64,000 nt of DNA from Nitrosopumilus sp. Lineage in GTDB: Archaea; Thermoproteota; Nitrososphaeria; Nitrososphaerales; Nitrosopumilaceae. The stretch spans positions 1,920,001-1,984,000 of the forward strand of contig OZ245003.1 of assembly GCA_965223425.1 (NCBI GenBank). The letters run 5' to 3'. Both the position numbers and the translations under genes were made by a program. Each line of letters opens with the position of its first letter. Within the stretch, counting starts at the first letter, position 1. Positions 52,640 through 62,909 of this stretch are shown piece after piece. The notes beneath the pieces were generated by a model. That model worked only from the letters and a program-made list of their open reading frames with translations, was not told the origin of the DNA and searched no databases.

Positions 52640-53650
52640 CTATGGAAAGTTTTTCAGAGTCATGTACCCGTGCGACTTTGCATTTGCATAGTGGTTTCTG
52701 ATAATTTTTTCAAAATCCGAGTCAAATCGGGTTAGAGATTTTTCCAGCATTGGTATTTTTTCCCGGTAATCTTTGTTTCTCTCAATGAGCTTATTGAGGT
52801 AATCCATTGGAGGCAGCGCACCTAGCTTCTGCAGATTACATTTTTGACACGCCAGGGTAAGATTCCAAATGTCATCTTCGGCAATGTAATCAAATGGAAT
52901 GACGTGCTCTACATGCGTGTCCCTTCCGTCCGGAAGGAGTTTTTTGCAATAAAAACAGTCTTTAAAATGAGGTTCCAATGATTTTCTGAACTTGGTCAGT
53001 GATTTTCTAGACATGTTCTTTCCTTCTGTTTTGGTTATTATTTTGGGAAGGCCAATGTTTAGCTTTTCAAGAAATTTGGCCCACTCTAGTATCACTGCCT
53101 TGAGCAAAACGGCATTGTACCTCTTGAAAAACTGTATTGCATTTGGATTAAGGTTTATACCATAATCAAGATCAACATATTTTCTGTTGGGATTCTTTAC
53201 TCTGGCAACTTTGTAGTCAAAGAACAGTCTAACTTCGGTGGCCTTGCTGACCTTGACTCTCTGAAACCTCCACACCACATTATGAAAGCACGACTTTACA
53301 ATTTTGTCAACGCAGTTTTGAATTTTTTCAGGCTCTTGCATCGCCATCTCCTTGAATGTTTGTGGGTAGTACGGCTTGGGAAATTCCTTTTCTATGATTT
53401 TTACTATCTCTGGTTTCTTTGTAGATTGGGGCGCATGCTTCATCTTTAGTTTGCATATCTGGGTCCAGTAGTATTTTAGAAAGTATTGTGCAATGACATT
53501 AAAATTCACATGTGTTTTGGTGTGGTCCCTGCTGTATTCTAACATAAACCGGGCTAGTGCAAACTTGTAAGTGTTGTCCTTGGCGCCATGACTTATTACA
53601 TTTAGAAATACCCTCTCAAATTCATCATCTGAGATAATATCGAAGATCAA
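52640..53650 (-). CDS. HNH endonuclease-domain protein
   Basis: CFYC...HVEHVIP...NLTLACQKCNLQK; N-terminal NTYKFAL motif. Confidence 0.88.
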   Translation of the reverse strand: MIFDIISDDEFERVFLNVISHGAKDNTYKFALARFMLEYSRDHTKTHVNFNVIAQYFLKYYWTQICKLKMKHAPQSTKKPEIVKIIEKEFPKPYYPQTFKEMAMQEPEKIQNCVDKIVKSCFHNVVWRFQRVKVSKATEVRLFFDYKVARVKNPNRKYVDLDYGINLNPNAIQFFKRYNAVLLKAVILEWAKFLEKLNIGLPKIITKTEGKNMSRKSLTKFRKSLEPHFKDCFYCKKLLPDGRDTHVEHVIPFDYIAEDDIWNLTLACQKCNLQKLGALPPMDYLNKLIERNKDYREKIPMLEKSLTRFDSDFEKIIRNHYANAKSHGYMTLKNFP

Positions 53651-53974
53651 TGTTTTAAAAGATACACTAACAAAAATATGCGTTTCTCAAATACGTGTTG
53701 ATTTAGGATTTATGTTCACGACATCAATAAATAAGTTGGTTATTAATTTATACGGAGTTGCCCGATAACGCCGTAATTTGATCAAGGAGACCACCCCCCG
53801 GGATCGTCTCAAGGCATCCTGTCGTTATCCTATGACAGAATTGACTAAACATCTTTTCTGTTGCTTGTTGCCATTTGACGTGGCGGCACATATACAAAAA
53901 ATCCGAGATTTGTAATGTTTTTTTTCTTTAGTTGGTTTTCCTTCCTGTCCACTTGCATAAAGGGTTCCACTGTT

Positions 53975-55432
53975 TTAACTCATAGAGCGAACTTGTTCTT
54001 TGCAGATATCTGCATTGCAGCCACACGTAGCATCACATAGACAGGCGCCTTGCATTACACAATCACATTCGGAGCTCATATCTGCAGATGCTGCACAACC
54101 ACATGCTGCATCTTGAGTAGTGGAAGCTACTGCAGGTGGTGGTGGTGGTGGGCTTTGCTGTGTAGTTTCTTCATAAACGCTTCTGGTGTACTGATAACTA
54201 GCATCGTCTTTTAGTTGGGCCTCACCTCTGTTGGTCTGATAGCCACCAGATGATGAACTGGTTTCATAACCTACTAGTCTGCCGGGATCAATTCCCTGTT
54301 GGCCTTGTGCCTCGCGTTTAAGTGATCTATTACTGAAAATAAAGAACCCAATTCCTGCAATAGCTGCAAGGCCTGCCATTCCATAAACTATCATAATTGG
54401 AAATCCGCCAGTCGAAGTCGTTGCGTAACCTTCTGGAGGAGTTGGGGTAATGCCTGCAATTTCGATTCCATCTAAACTATCTAATGCGCCAAATCCTATT
54501 GCAGCAAGTGTACCTTGATCAGCAGACTGCACACTTCGAACAGTATATGGTTGATCTGCCATTACTTCAGCTTCAAAGACTCTTTCTACTTGCCTTCCTT
54601 CCCTTAGACTGCTCTCTCCCATAGTCCAACTAGACACAACAAATCCAGAAATTTCTTCATCTAATCCAAATGTTCCAGCATCCACATTGATTCCGGTTGG
54701 ATCAAACAAAAAGTGCCAGTTTGTTATCGGTTGTTCTAAAATAAAGTCCGCATCAATAAGATGCCTGTTCAAAACATCTTCTGCTGCAGTCCCAGCAAGG
54801 AAGGCATAAACTCCAGGTTCTTGGTCTCTAAGTAGATTTATTGGAATGTTAATCTCTACACCATCAACTACAATTTCATCAGTAACAGTTAGTCCTCTCC
54901 AACCCAAATCAACTAGCGTTCTTTGAGAGTCTTTTGTAATTACATAATTAGTTAATGTTCCCTCTATGATTACCTGGTAATCAATAGAGGTACTGACATT
55001 TCTTGCTTTAAGATGAAAATCATAAGTAACCTCCAAGTCAGAAACTTTTGCTTGACTTCCATCAGATGCAATTGATCCATTGAGTTTGTCTATCAAATTT
55101 TGAACTCCGGCATTTGACGAGTCAGCAGTTCCTGCTATTGTCCATTCTTTTCCTTGTAATTCATCAAACAGATCTCCCCCATTTGGATATTCAATAAAAA
55201 CAGTTTTTTGATAATTCATCTTAAATGGAGATGACTCATTATTTGGATTAACTCTAGCATCTAGTTGTGCAGCCCACGCAGCAGGGGCACTAGTACCTGC
55301 AACGATAAGACCAGCAAGTAAAACTGTTAAAACTATGGCCCTAGACACGAAAAAAATCAAGTTCAAGAAAGTAATAAACCTATCCAAATTATTGATCGCT
55401 GTTTTTTGAAAAAGTAATATTGAGCAAGACAT
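53975..55432 (-). CDS. membrane-anchored protein with a Cys-rich C-terminal tail (true start probably ~55350)
   Basis: Signal peptide, C-terminal TM helix, tail CGC...CDC...CLC...CGC...C. Confidence 0.8.
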   Translation of the reverse strand: MSCSILLFQKTAINNLDRFITFLNLIFFVSRAIVLTVLLAGLIVAGTSAPAAWAAQLDARVNPNNESSPFKMNYQKTVFIEYPNGGDLFDELQGKEWTIAGTADSSNAGVQNLIDKLNGSIASDGSQAKVSDLEVTYDFHLKARNVSTSIDYQVIIEGTLTNYVITKDSQRTLVDLGWRGLTVTDEIVVDGVEINIPINLLRDQEPGVYAFLAGTAAEDVLNRHLIDADFILEQPITNWHFLFDPTGINVDAGTFGLDEEISGFVVSSWTMGESSLREGRQVERVFEAEVMADQPYTVRSVQSADQGTLAAIGFGALDSLDGIEIAGITPTPPEGYATTSTGGFPIMIVYGMAGLAAIAGIGFFIFSNRSLKREAQGQQGIDPGRLVGYETSSSSGGYQTNRGEAQLKDDASYQYTRSVYEETTQQSPPPPPPAVASTTQDAACGCAASADMSSECDCVMQGACLCDATCGCNADICKEQVRSMS

Positions 55433-55462
55433 GTAGACTTTGCAGTTTTAGGAGAAAATGGT

Positions 55463-56383
55463 ATGATCACAGTTTTGGCAGGAGGTACAGGTTCAGTCAA
55501 GTTAGTTAGAGGTCTGGTTTCCCAAGAATCCAAAGTTAATGTGATTAGCAATGTAGGAGACAATTACTGGCTTTACGGGTTATACGTATGTCCAGACATT
55601 GACACCATTGTTTATGGTTTGGCAGATTTACTTGATCAAGAAAAAGGATGGGGAGTAAAAAAAGATACTTTCAACTTTTTACGCCAGATGGAGGTTTTTG
55701 GAGAAGAGACCTGGTTTAGAATAGGGGACAGAGATGCTGCAACGCATTTGATCAGAACAAACATGCTAAAGAACGGAAAAAATCTCAGCGATATTACAAA
55801 ATGGATGTGTGAGAAATTTGCAGTTAGTGCCAACATCATACCAGTTACAGACAACAGTATTGAAACAAGAATTATCACAGACAAGGGAGAACTGCATTTG
55901 CAAGAATATTGGGTCAAACACAGAGGAAAAGACCCCGTTGAAGGAATTCAGTATATCGGGGCAGAGAAATCACGTCCAAACCCTGAAGCCGTAAATGCAA
56001 TACATGATGCAGACATGGTAATCTTGGCCCCGGGAAACCCACTAACGTCAATAGGGCCGATGCTCCAGATCAAGGGAATCAGAAAAGAATTATCAAAGAT
56101 AAAGAAGAAGGTAGTGGCAGTTAGCCCATTAATTGGAGACAATTCCATTAGTGGCCCGGCAGGAAAATATATGCAGGCTGCAGGAATAGAATCAAATGCG
56201 TATGGATTGGCAAAAATGTATTCAGACGTTTGTTCTAACATTATCGTAGACACTAAAGACAGAATGCTAATAAAGAAAATACAAAGCCTGGACATGAAAG
56301 TTTTTGAAACAAAAATCACTATGAAAAATAAACTGGCAGAAGACGCATTGGCAAATTTCATTTTAAAACAAGTACACGTATAA
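55463..56383 (+). CDS. cofD: 2-phospho-L-lactate transferase (F420 biosynthesis)
   Basis: LAGGTG, CPDIDT, WFRIGDRD, LQEYWV and P.NPLTSIGP motifs. Confidence 0.95.
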   Translation: MITVLAGGTGSVKLVRGLVSQESKVNVISNVGDNYWLYGLYVCPDIDTIVYGLADLLDQEKGWGVKKDTFNFLRQMEVFGEETWFRIGDRDAATHLIRTNMLKNGKNLSDITKWMCEKFAVSANIIPVTDNSIETRIITDKGELHLQEYWVKHRGKDPVEGIQYIGAEKSRPNPEAVNAIHDADMVILAPGNPLTSIGPMLQIKGIRKELSKIKKKVVAVSPLIGDNSISGPAGKYMQAAGIESNAYGLAKMYSDVCSNIIVDTKDRMLIKKIQSLDMKVFETKITMKNKLAEDALANFILKQVHV

Positions 56384-56384
56384 C

Positions 56385-57017
56385 TTGAAAATAGCGGCCA
56401 TAATTCCTGTAAAGGCTTTCTCTAATGCAAAAAACCGCTTAGATTTACCTCCGCATCAAAAAGAGGAGCTATGCAAAATAATGTTAGAGGAAATTTTATA
56501 CACAATATCAATATCGCCTAAAATCGAAAAAACAGTCATTGTAACAAAGGAGGAAAAAGCAATTGAGATGGGTAAAAAATTCAACGCCACAACCATAACT
56601 GATGAAAAAGAAGAAAGTGTCAACAGCGCAGTTGCGCTTGCAGACAAGTATCTTTTAGAGAACAACTTTGATGCCTCAATTGTATTTCCCCAGGACATCC
56701 CGTTTATGAAAACCCAAGACATTGATTTTATGCTAAACTATGTTGCCCCCCCAAATTTTGCCATAGTTGTTCCATCTAGAAGGTTTGATGGCACCAATGC
56801 GCTAGTCAGAATGCCAGTAAATTTGATGGAGACCCACTATGATGAGGACAGCTACAAAATTCACATGAATACAGCCAAGGAGCATACGCTAAATGCGGCG
56901 CTGGTTTTTGTGAAACGGATCATGCTGGACATAGACAATACTGAGGATCTAGGCTTTCTGCTAGGGCAAAGCGAAAAACCTCTGGTTGTGGAAAAAATCA
57001 AGAAGATTTTAGAGTAG
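56385..57017 (+). CDS. cofC: 2-phospho-L-lactate guanylyltransferase
   Basis: IIPVK...AK.RL, GTNAL and DID..EDL motifs; adjacent to cofD. Confidence 0.92.
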   Translation: MKIAAIIPVKAFSNAKNRLDLPPHQKEELCKIMLEEILYTISISPKIEKTVIVTKEEKAIEMGKKFNATTITDEKEESVNSAVALADKYLLENNFDASIVFPQDIPFMKTQDIDFMLNYVAPPNFAIVVPSRRFDGTNALVRMPVNLMETHYDEDSYKIHMNTAKEHTLNAALVFVKRIMLDIDNTEDLGFLLGQSEKPLVVEKIKKILE

Positions 57018-57215
57018 GTTCAGGAATATGCCAGGAGTAGCACAAAAAATTACAGTTTTCATGGGTTATCACACTCTAAATCTTCGGCGGGGGATCTTCT
57101 CAAAGTAACAGATCGGTTGGTTTTGCATTTTTGAGGGGACATCACCCAAGATGAATTTAGATTCTTGTTGAGGTAAACGCATATTTTTACTAAATCCTAT
57201 TCAGCATATGATTTT

Positions 57216-57421
57216 TTACAAATATTTTTTATTTTCTTTAATATAATATTTCATAAACCATTTTACAAAAAACATTTCATCGTTTTTCAGCTGTGATCTT
57301 TCTAATGATTTGAAATATTTTCTTCTATCTTTATTTTTGATTAACATGAATGGACAGTCAAATTTGAATAAAAGATAATTCATAATCAATCTGGACATCC
57401 TGCCGTTTCCGTCAACAAATG
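57216..57421 (-). pseudogene. Fic-domain protein C-terminal remnant
   Basis: Reads (P)FVDGNGRMSRLIMNYLL directly after the IS66 TIR. Confidence 0.85.
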
Positions 57422-57437
57422 GTAAGAGGCTAGGTCT

Positions 57438-58811
57438 CTAGTACAGTCTCAGTATCTCTTCTTGAATGCTGGTGCCCCTTTTCTGCCATGTCAGCAAGCA
57501 GCTCACAAGTATGCCAAATACCTTCATGCCTGCTTCGGTGACAAGACGCTGTCTAATCTTGCGCGATATGACGACCCGGCGAAGCATCCTTTCTGATTCG
57601 TTGTTTGTGGGATCCATTCCGGGATGCTTTAGAAACGTAAACAGGTTTGGTGTGGCCTTTTCCAGCTTGTCTCCGAACTTGCAGTCCGGACAGCCCTTGT
57701 ACGAATCCGCAATTGCCGTGCAGGAGATCACAAACGAGTCATAATGCGTGTGCGCGTCAGGCCGCAGCGCAACCTGCTTTGCATCGTGGTATAGCAAACG
57801 CAGTTTCTCATACAGCATGGTTTTTGGTTCATCACCATCATCACCATCATCCTGTTCAAATTCGGCATCACACAGTATGTGCGACCGGCACCGTTGAATT
57901 GTTCTGAAACGATTGTATGCCGCATAACCGTCGACTGTCACGGGAATATCCCAGTGAGGAAAGTGAAGATCCAGTACGGCAGCGGCCCTGCTTCTGTCCA
58001 CATGAATCAGTACCGCATCATCACCGATGCATACCCAGACATATCCCAGTTTGTCGTATATTGTATATGACGTCTCATCAAGTTTCAGGTATTTTGATCT
58101 GCCAATATTTTCTTTCCATGACTCTACCTCCGGCTCTAACGCTCCTCCTAATGCAAACAGCGCGTTTTGTATTGTTTTTTTGCAGATTGACGTGTCATAC
58201 AGGCTTGCTGCCTCCCTGATTGAGTTCAGGCTGCAGCCTTGTTTATACATCGACATGGTTATTGTCATGAGGTTCTTGCCAATCGATGTTCCGTCTATTC
58301 CGACCTGGGGTGTTGTGACATGTCCGCACCTGCAGGTGCAGTGCTGTATGACGTTGTTTGTGGATGCGGTCCTTGGAATCTCCGGAATGTCGACTGTCAT
58401 CTTTGTCGTGGTCTTTGTAACTGTAATGCCTTTGCTGCCGCACTTTGCGCATTTCTTTGGCCTGTGCACCGTTGTGTGATCAGGCCTTCTCTTGTGGGAT
58501 GCGCCGACGTGGCCTGCACTTGCTCCGCCCTTGTTTGGAGGAGGGGAGGAGGAGGAGGAGGAACCGCCTTTTGCACGGTCTGCCTTTTTTCGGCGCGTGG
58601 GAATGGAGTTTGCCGACGGCGGTGAGTGCGGATTCTCGTAGAACGCTACGCGCCTCTTTAGTTCCGCCATTGTCAAATCCTTCTCGGCTTCCCTTGCCTG
58701 TAATTTTTTTACATCGCCTGCCAACTGGCTGACAATCTTTCGCAAGCTGTCGTTTTCAGCAAATGATTTTGCCAGAGCATCCCGTAATATCTTGATCTCC
58801 GAGTCACTCAT
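57438..58811 (-). CDS. IS66-family transposase
   Basis: Coiled coil, CxxCG zinc finger, DET, DGY..Y and TNN.SER.LR motifs; start MSDSE at 58811. Confidence 0.9.
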   Translation of the reverse strand: MSDSEIKILRDALAKSFAENDSLRKIVSQLAGDVKKLQAREAEKDLTMAELKRRVAFYENPHSPPSANSIPTRRKKADRAKGGSSSSSSPPPNKGGASAGHVGASHKRRPDHTTVHRPKKCAKCGSKGITVTKTTTKMTVDIPEIPRTASTNNVIQHCTCRCGHVTTPQVGIDGTSIGKNLMTITMSMYKQGCSLNSIREAASLYDTSICKKTIQNALFALGGALEPEVESWKENIGRSKYLKLDETSYTIYDKLGYVWVCIGDDAVLIHVDRSRAAAVLDLHFPHWDIPVTVDGYAAYNRFRTIQRCRSHILCDAEFEQDDGDDGDEPKTMLYEKLRLLYHDAKQVALRPDAHTHYDSFVISCTAIADSYKGCPDCKFGDKLEKATPNLFTFLKHPGMDPTNNESERMLRRVVISRKIRQRLVTEAGMKVFGILVSCLLTWQKRGTSIQEEILRLY

Positions 58812-58816
58812 TAGAC

Positions 58817-60118
58817 CAGTAGTTGGGATTGTACATTTTGGATAGCCCAAACTGATCATTTTGAGAACAAAACACGATCAACCAGATCCAAATACAAGGC
58901 ATGCTCACCCACCTTAACATGTACGAAAAAGATGGGCAAACACACCAACAGAACCAAGACATCAGGGGATTTAAAATCTTCCAGTCCGCACTGCAACACC
59001 TGAACCTTGCCTTTGGCACAAGACACAACACGCTGTACTGCCTCAGGGATGCAGCGCACATGCTTCTGGTCATGGCCAGCTCCAACGGATACGCCAACGG
59101 CGCGCGAGATCTCGGCTCTCCCGGCATCCGCATGCCGTCGGGCAGCTGGCTGCTCAAAAAGCTGCGCATCATAAAGCAGGACAAGATGAACCGCTTCTGC
59201 GACCAGATGATGCATGATACGGTCAACACGGCATGCCGCAGCATGAGGCGACGCATCAGCAACGAAACGGCAGTGGCTGCAATAGACAAGCACAAGATTC
59301 CGCACCATGACAAAAACCCCGACCTCAAACACCTCATACAGTCAAAATACGAGTCAGGAACGTACAGGTTTGAGTCATACATGACATCCAAGATAGTGCA
59401 GGGCGGCAAAGAGGCCAACCTGTGCTTCAGTCCGGTCACCCGGGGTACATCCAACGGCGAATTCGTGCGTAAAACCATCAAAAAGTGCTCCAAGCTGCAC
59501 CTTGGAATCAATCTTTACCTTCTTGACAGGGAGTTTTACGCAACAGACGTGATGCGGACTGTCAGATCGCTTCACAGGCATTTTATCATGCCGGCAAAAA
59601 AGAATGCCGGCATCAAGCGCGCCATTGTACAGCACGCCCAAGGAAAGCGCGGTGATGTCTCTAGGTACACCATAAAATCAGGCTCCGAAAAGTTCACGTT
59701 CAACCTGGTTCTGATCAGGGATGACGCCAGGAAAAAAGACGGCACCATGTTTGACAGGTACCACGCATTTGCAACGTCGCTGCCATACGAGAATGAAAGG
59801 GACGTTGTCAAGTACATCCCAGAGCAGTACAAAAAACGTTGGGGAATTGAAACGGGGTACAGGTCTGCAAAGAGCGTACGCGCGCGCACTGCCAGCAGGA
59901 ACCCCTCCGTACGGATGCTTTTGTTTGTCTTGTCACTGGTGATAAACAACATCTGGATAGGCCTGCGTCGCACGGTGTGCAGACAAAGATATCATGTGAC
60001 ACTTGCCGGTGTTTTAAACAGGATGATCCGCGTGTTTGCAGAATATGTGTATGCCAGGTGGCCACCGCCTATCGGGTGATTTGTGGGCTGTTTTGGAACG
60101 GTACAATCCCAACTACTG
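58817..60118 (+). mobile_element. ISH3-like element, intact
   Basis: 18-bp perfect TIRs CAGTAGTTGGGATTGTAC; 6-bp TSD TTAGAC on both sides. Confidence 0.93.
58901..60079 (+). CDS. ISH3/IS4-like DDE transposase (392 aa)
   Basis: AIDKH, LLDREFY and YKKRWGIETGYR motifs. Confidence 0.9.
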   Translation: MLTHLNMYEKDGQTHQQNQDIRGFKIFQSALQHLNLAFGTRHNTLYCLRDAAHMLLVMASSNGYANGARDLGSPGIRMPSGSWLLKKLRIIKQDKMNRFCDQMMHDTVNTACRSMRRRISNETAVAAIDKHKIPHHDKNPDLKHLIQSKYESGTYRFESYMTSKIVQGGKEANLCFSPVTRGTSNGEFVRKTIKKCSKLHLGINLYLLDREFYATDVMRTVRSLHRHFIMPAKKNAGIKRAIVQHAQGKRGDVSRYTIKSGSEKFTFNLVLIRDDARKKDGTMFDRYHAFATSLPYENERDVVKYIPEQYKKRWGIETGYRSAKSVRARTASRNPSVRMLLFVLSLVINNIWIGLRRTVCRQRYHVTLAGVLNRMIRVFAEYVYARWPPPIG

Positions 60119-60262
60119 TTAGACAGAATCAGGGATCATCGAATTTGGATCAGTATGATCTAGAATGTTTGAGTTCGTGACTAACCTAGCCTCTTACGAG
60201 CCGATCATCAGCAGACTTATAAGGAATGATTTAGAAAATGTTAAATATTATCATAAAAGGTT

Positions 60263-61183
60263 TTGATGAATATAATGGTTAAAACAGTAAATCCAAAAGA
60301 CAAGTGTCCAAGATGCGGACAGAGCACTCTAGTTACAGATGCAAACACCGGGGAAAATTTTTGTGGAAAGTGTGGATTTGTAATTACAGACAAAGTAGAA
60401 GAGTCAGGACCAGAATGGAGATCATTTTCAAACGAAGGGGAAAACAAAAGCAGGGCAGGGGTTCCAACATCACTTGCTATGCACGATATGGGATTAGCAA
60501 CAGTCATCAATCCTCAAAACAGGGACGCAACGGGAAAACCATTAACAGCTTCTATGAAAAGTACGATTGAAAGACTTAGGACTTGGGACAGCAGAAGTCA
60601 AGTTCACGAACCAGTAGACAGGAACTTTAGACAGGCATTTAGCGAGCTAGACAGGTTAAAAGATAAGCTTGCAGTAGGTGATGCAGTTATTGAAAAAGCA
60701 GCATACATTTACAGAAAGGCACTTGAAAAAGGGCTAGTCAGAGGACGTTCTATTTCAGCGTTGATTGCATCTGCACTTTATGCAGCATGCAGAGACACAG
60801 AAACGCCTAGAACGCTAAAAGATATCGGACAGTCAAGCAACATTAAACGAAAAGACATTGCCAGATGCTACCGTCTATTATTAAGAGAGCTTAATTTGAA
60901 GATGCCAGTAGTTGATCCAGTCAAATGTATTTCAAGGATAGCAAGCAAGGCAGGATTATCTGAAAAAACAAAAAGAAAAGCTACAAAGATTTTACAGACA
61001 GCCGAAGAATTGAAAATTTCTGCAGGAAAAGATCCGATGGGGTTAGCCGCAGCTGCACTTTATGTTGCATGTGTAACTAACGGTGAAAATAAAACTCAAA
61101 GAGACGTGGCCGAAGCAGCAGGGGTGACTGAAGTTACCATCAGAAACAGATACAAGGGATTGAAAGTGGCGCTAAACCTCTAG
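60263..61183 (+). CDS. tfb: transcription initiation factor IIB
   Basis: CPRCG...CGKCG, GPEWRSF and AGVTEVTIRNRY motifs. Confidence 0.96.
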   Translation: MMNIMVKTVNPKDKCPRCGQSTLVTDANTGENFCGKCGFVITDKVEESGPEWRSFSNEGENKSRAGVPTSLAMHDMGLATVINPQNRDATGKPLTASMKSTIERLRTWDSRSQVHEPVDRNFRQAFSELDRLKDKLAVGDAVIEKAAYIYRKALEKGLVRGRSISALIASALYAACRDTETPRTLKDIGQSSNIKRKDIARCYRLLLRELNLKMPVVDPVKCISRIASKAGLSEKTKRKATKILQTAEELKISAGKDPMGLAAAALYVACVTNGENKTQRDVAEAAGVTEVTIRNRYKGLKVALNL

Positions 61184-62161
61184 ATCAGGTCTTTTTTTAG
61201 AATAATATCTTTTTGCAAGCAATATAAAAATCGACAAAGCGCCCGTAACTAGGAACAGTGACTCTAGTGAGGACATCAATGAATGGGAAAATGCTTGCTC
61301 AATCGAAATGAGATTCAATTGTGAAATAAAATTTGCATATGAGAATACAAAATAGTTGGTGGCCCAGTGAATCAAAAGCGCGGCCACAAAGCCATATCTA
61401 AGATAGACCCACCCCAGAATAATTCCGCTTGCGGCAGCCTGTGCAAACTTGCCTTCACTCCAAGGTTCACCTAAAGCAATGTGGGCAAATCCAAAAATGA
61501 TTCCAACAAGGACAATCAGGAAAATTGCTTTTTTATAATCATGGATGTCTAAATTATATGGCCGCCACAAACATTTGATAAAATATTTTGCAGAAGATCT
61601 ACTAGAATACAGCGCAAATAAAGGGACTCCAATCAGAATCAAACGAAATCCAAATTCTTCTATCACAGGAGCAAGACTCACGTAAAAAAATTGGATGAGA
61701 TCATTTTCAACAAGAGGTGGATCAATCATAATTCCAAATCCTTCCTGAACATAATTGATCAATACAGAAACGAAGATCAAAATGGAAAACCATTTTGTTA
61801 CACCAATCATATAGTTTGATACAGTATCATATTTTCCAAAAGAAATTATTGGCAAGAGTGATTTTAGAAATCCATGTTTTGGACCCAGCATTGCAATTAC
61901 AAAGATTATTGCATAAAAAGTCCACAATACAACAAATACATCTCCAACACTTACATCAATTGTGGCCTGATAGAGTGCAGTGCCATCAAACAAAGCCAAA
62001 TGTGTAAACGGGTATTCATAATTGATGTCTCCGCCTATTTCACTCTCAAAAACAACAAAGAGCCCTATGGGAAAAGAGACAAGAAACAATCCAAAGATCA
62101 CAGATATTAGCGCAGTGAAAGGAATTCCAAGAGCTTGAAGTATTTTGTTTGAGCTTTGCAA
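61172..62161 (-). CDS. CPBP-family intramembrane glutamic endopeptidase
   Basis: EEFGFR, FGFAH and H.ATN motifs. Confidence 0.88.
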   Translation of the reverse strand: MQSSNKILQALGIPFTALISVIFGLFLVSFPIGLFVVFESEIGGDINYEYPFTHLALFDGTALYQATIDVSVGDVFVVLWTFYAIIFVIAMLGPKHGFLKSLLPIISFGKYDTVSNYMIGVTKWFSILIFVSVLINYVQEGFGIMIDPPLVENDLIQFFYVSLAPVIEEFGFRLILIGVPLFALYSSRSSAKYFIKCLWRPYNLDIHDYKKAIFLIVLVGIIFGFAHIALGEPWSEGKFAQAAASGIILGWVYLRYGFVAALLIHWATNYFVFSYANFISQLNLISIEQAFSHSLMSSLESLFLVTGALSIFILLAKRYYSKKRPDLEV

Positions 62162-62167
62162 TTTGTT

Positions 62168-62476
62168 CTAATGTAGTTCTATACTCTCTTCAGGGAATCC
62201 CAAACCAATCAAAGTGTCTTTGATAGTGTCTCTATGATCACCTTGTAAAAAGATGTAGCCTTCTTTTGCAGTACCACCACAGGCATATTTATTTTTGAGT
62301 TCTTTGGCAACAGTTTCTAAATTATTTAGTTTAGGATCTAGTCCTTCAATCATTGTACCTTTTTTCTTAAATCGTCTTGTTTCCAATCGAATTATAATTT
62401 TAGTACTATCTTTGGCAAGTTCACCACATGCGCACAAGTCTTCTGGAAGACCACAAGTATTACAAATTACTGCCAT
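62168..62476 (-). CDS. translation initiation factor SUI1/aIF-1
   Basis: C..CGLP..LC.C, LK...ACGGT and LQGDH motifs. Confidence 0.93.
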   Translation of the reverse strand: MAVICNTCGLPEDLCACGELAKDSTKIIIRLETRRFKKKGTMIEGLDPKLNNLETVAKELKNKYACGGTAKEGYIFLQGDHRDTIKDTLIGLGFPEESIELH

Positions 62477-62567
62477 TCGTTCGAAATGATTTCAGTTATA
62501 CGCACTATTAAGCCTTGTTTGGTGAACTCAGAATTAAAATAATTGTACTTTTTAGATAGGAAATCAA

Positions 62568-62909
62568 ATGAGAATGGTGTCAAAAGATCTTACAAAAAAA
62601 GCTGCCGAAATACTGCTAAAAGGAGGAACGCTGCTTGGTGAAAAATGCCCATATTGCTCGGGAGTGAGGGTGATAAAAGACGGACATGCTTTATGCACAA
62701 GTTGTGGGCGTAAACCCGAAAAAAAAGAAATTCCAAAAGAGGCAGTACAACAAAGTACAAAATCATCATTAGAAGAAGCTTTAGAAAAAAAGATGGAGCA
62801 TCTATCAAAAGAGCTGGAACAGGAAAAGAACCATGAAAAGCAACAGGAGATTTTAAAATCGATCAACTCTTTATTGGAAACTTTGGAAAAAACCAAGAAC
62901 AGGCAATAA
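62568..62909 (+). CDS. SSSCA1/autoantigen-p27 family Zn-ribbon protein
   Basis: LLKGGTLL...CPYC...C..C followed by a coiled coil. Confidence 0.8.
   Translation: MRMVSKDLTKKAAEILLKGGTLLGEKCPYCSGVRVIKDGHALCTSCGRKPEKKEIPKEAVQQSTKSSLEEALEKKMEHLSKELEQEKNHEKQQEILKSINSLLETLEKTKNRQ

Larger units (their letters stand above)
57422..60197 (-). mobile_element. IS66-family single-ORF (ISBst12-like) element carrying a nested ISH3-like element
   Basis: 14-bp TIRs GTAAGAGGCTAGGT at 57422-57435 and 60184-60197; no TSD. Confidence 0.9.

Noticed and set aside
45883-53900. Integrated provirus or ICE at tRNA-Leu
   Set aside because: No att duplication and no structural, replication or conjugation genes were found.
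58812-58859. N-terminal extension of the IS66 ORF (MISLGYP...)
   Set aside because: Derived from the inserted ISH3 TIR.
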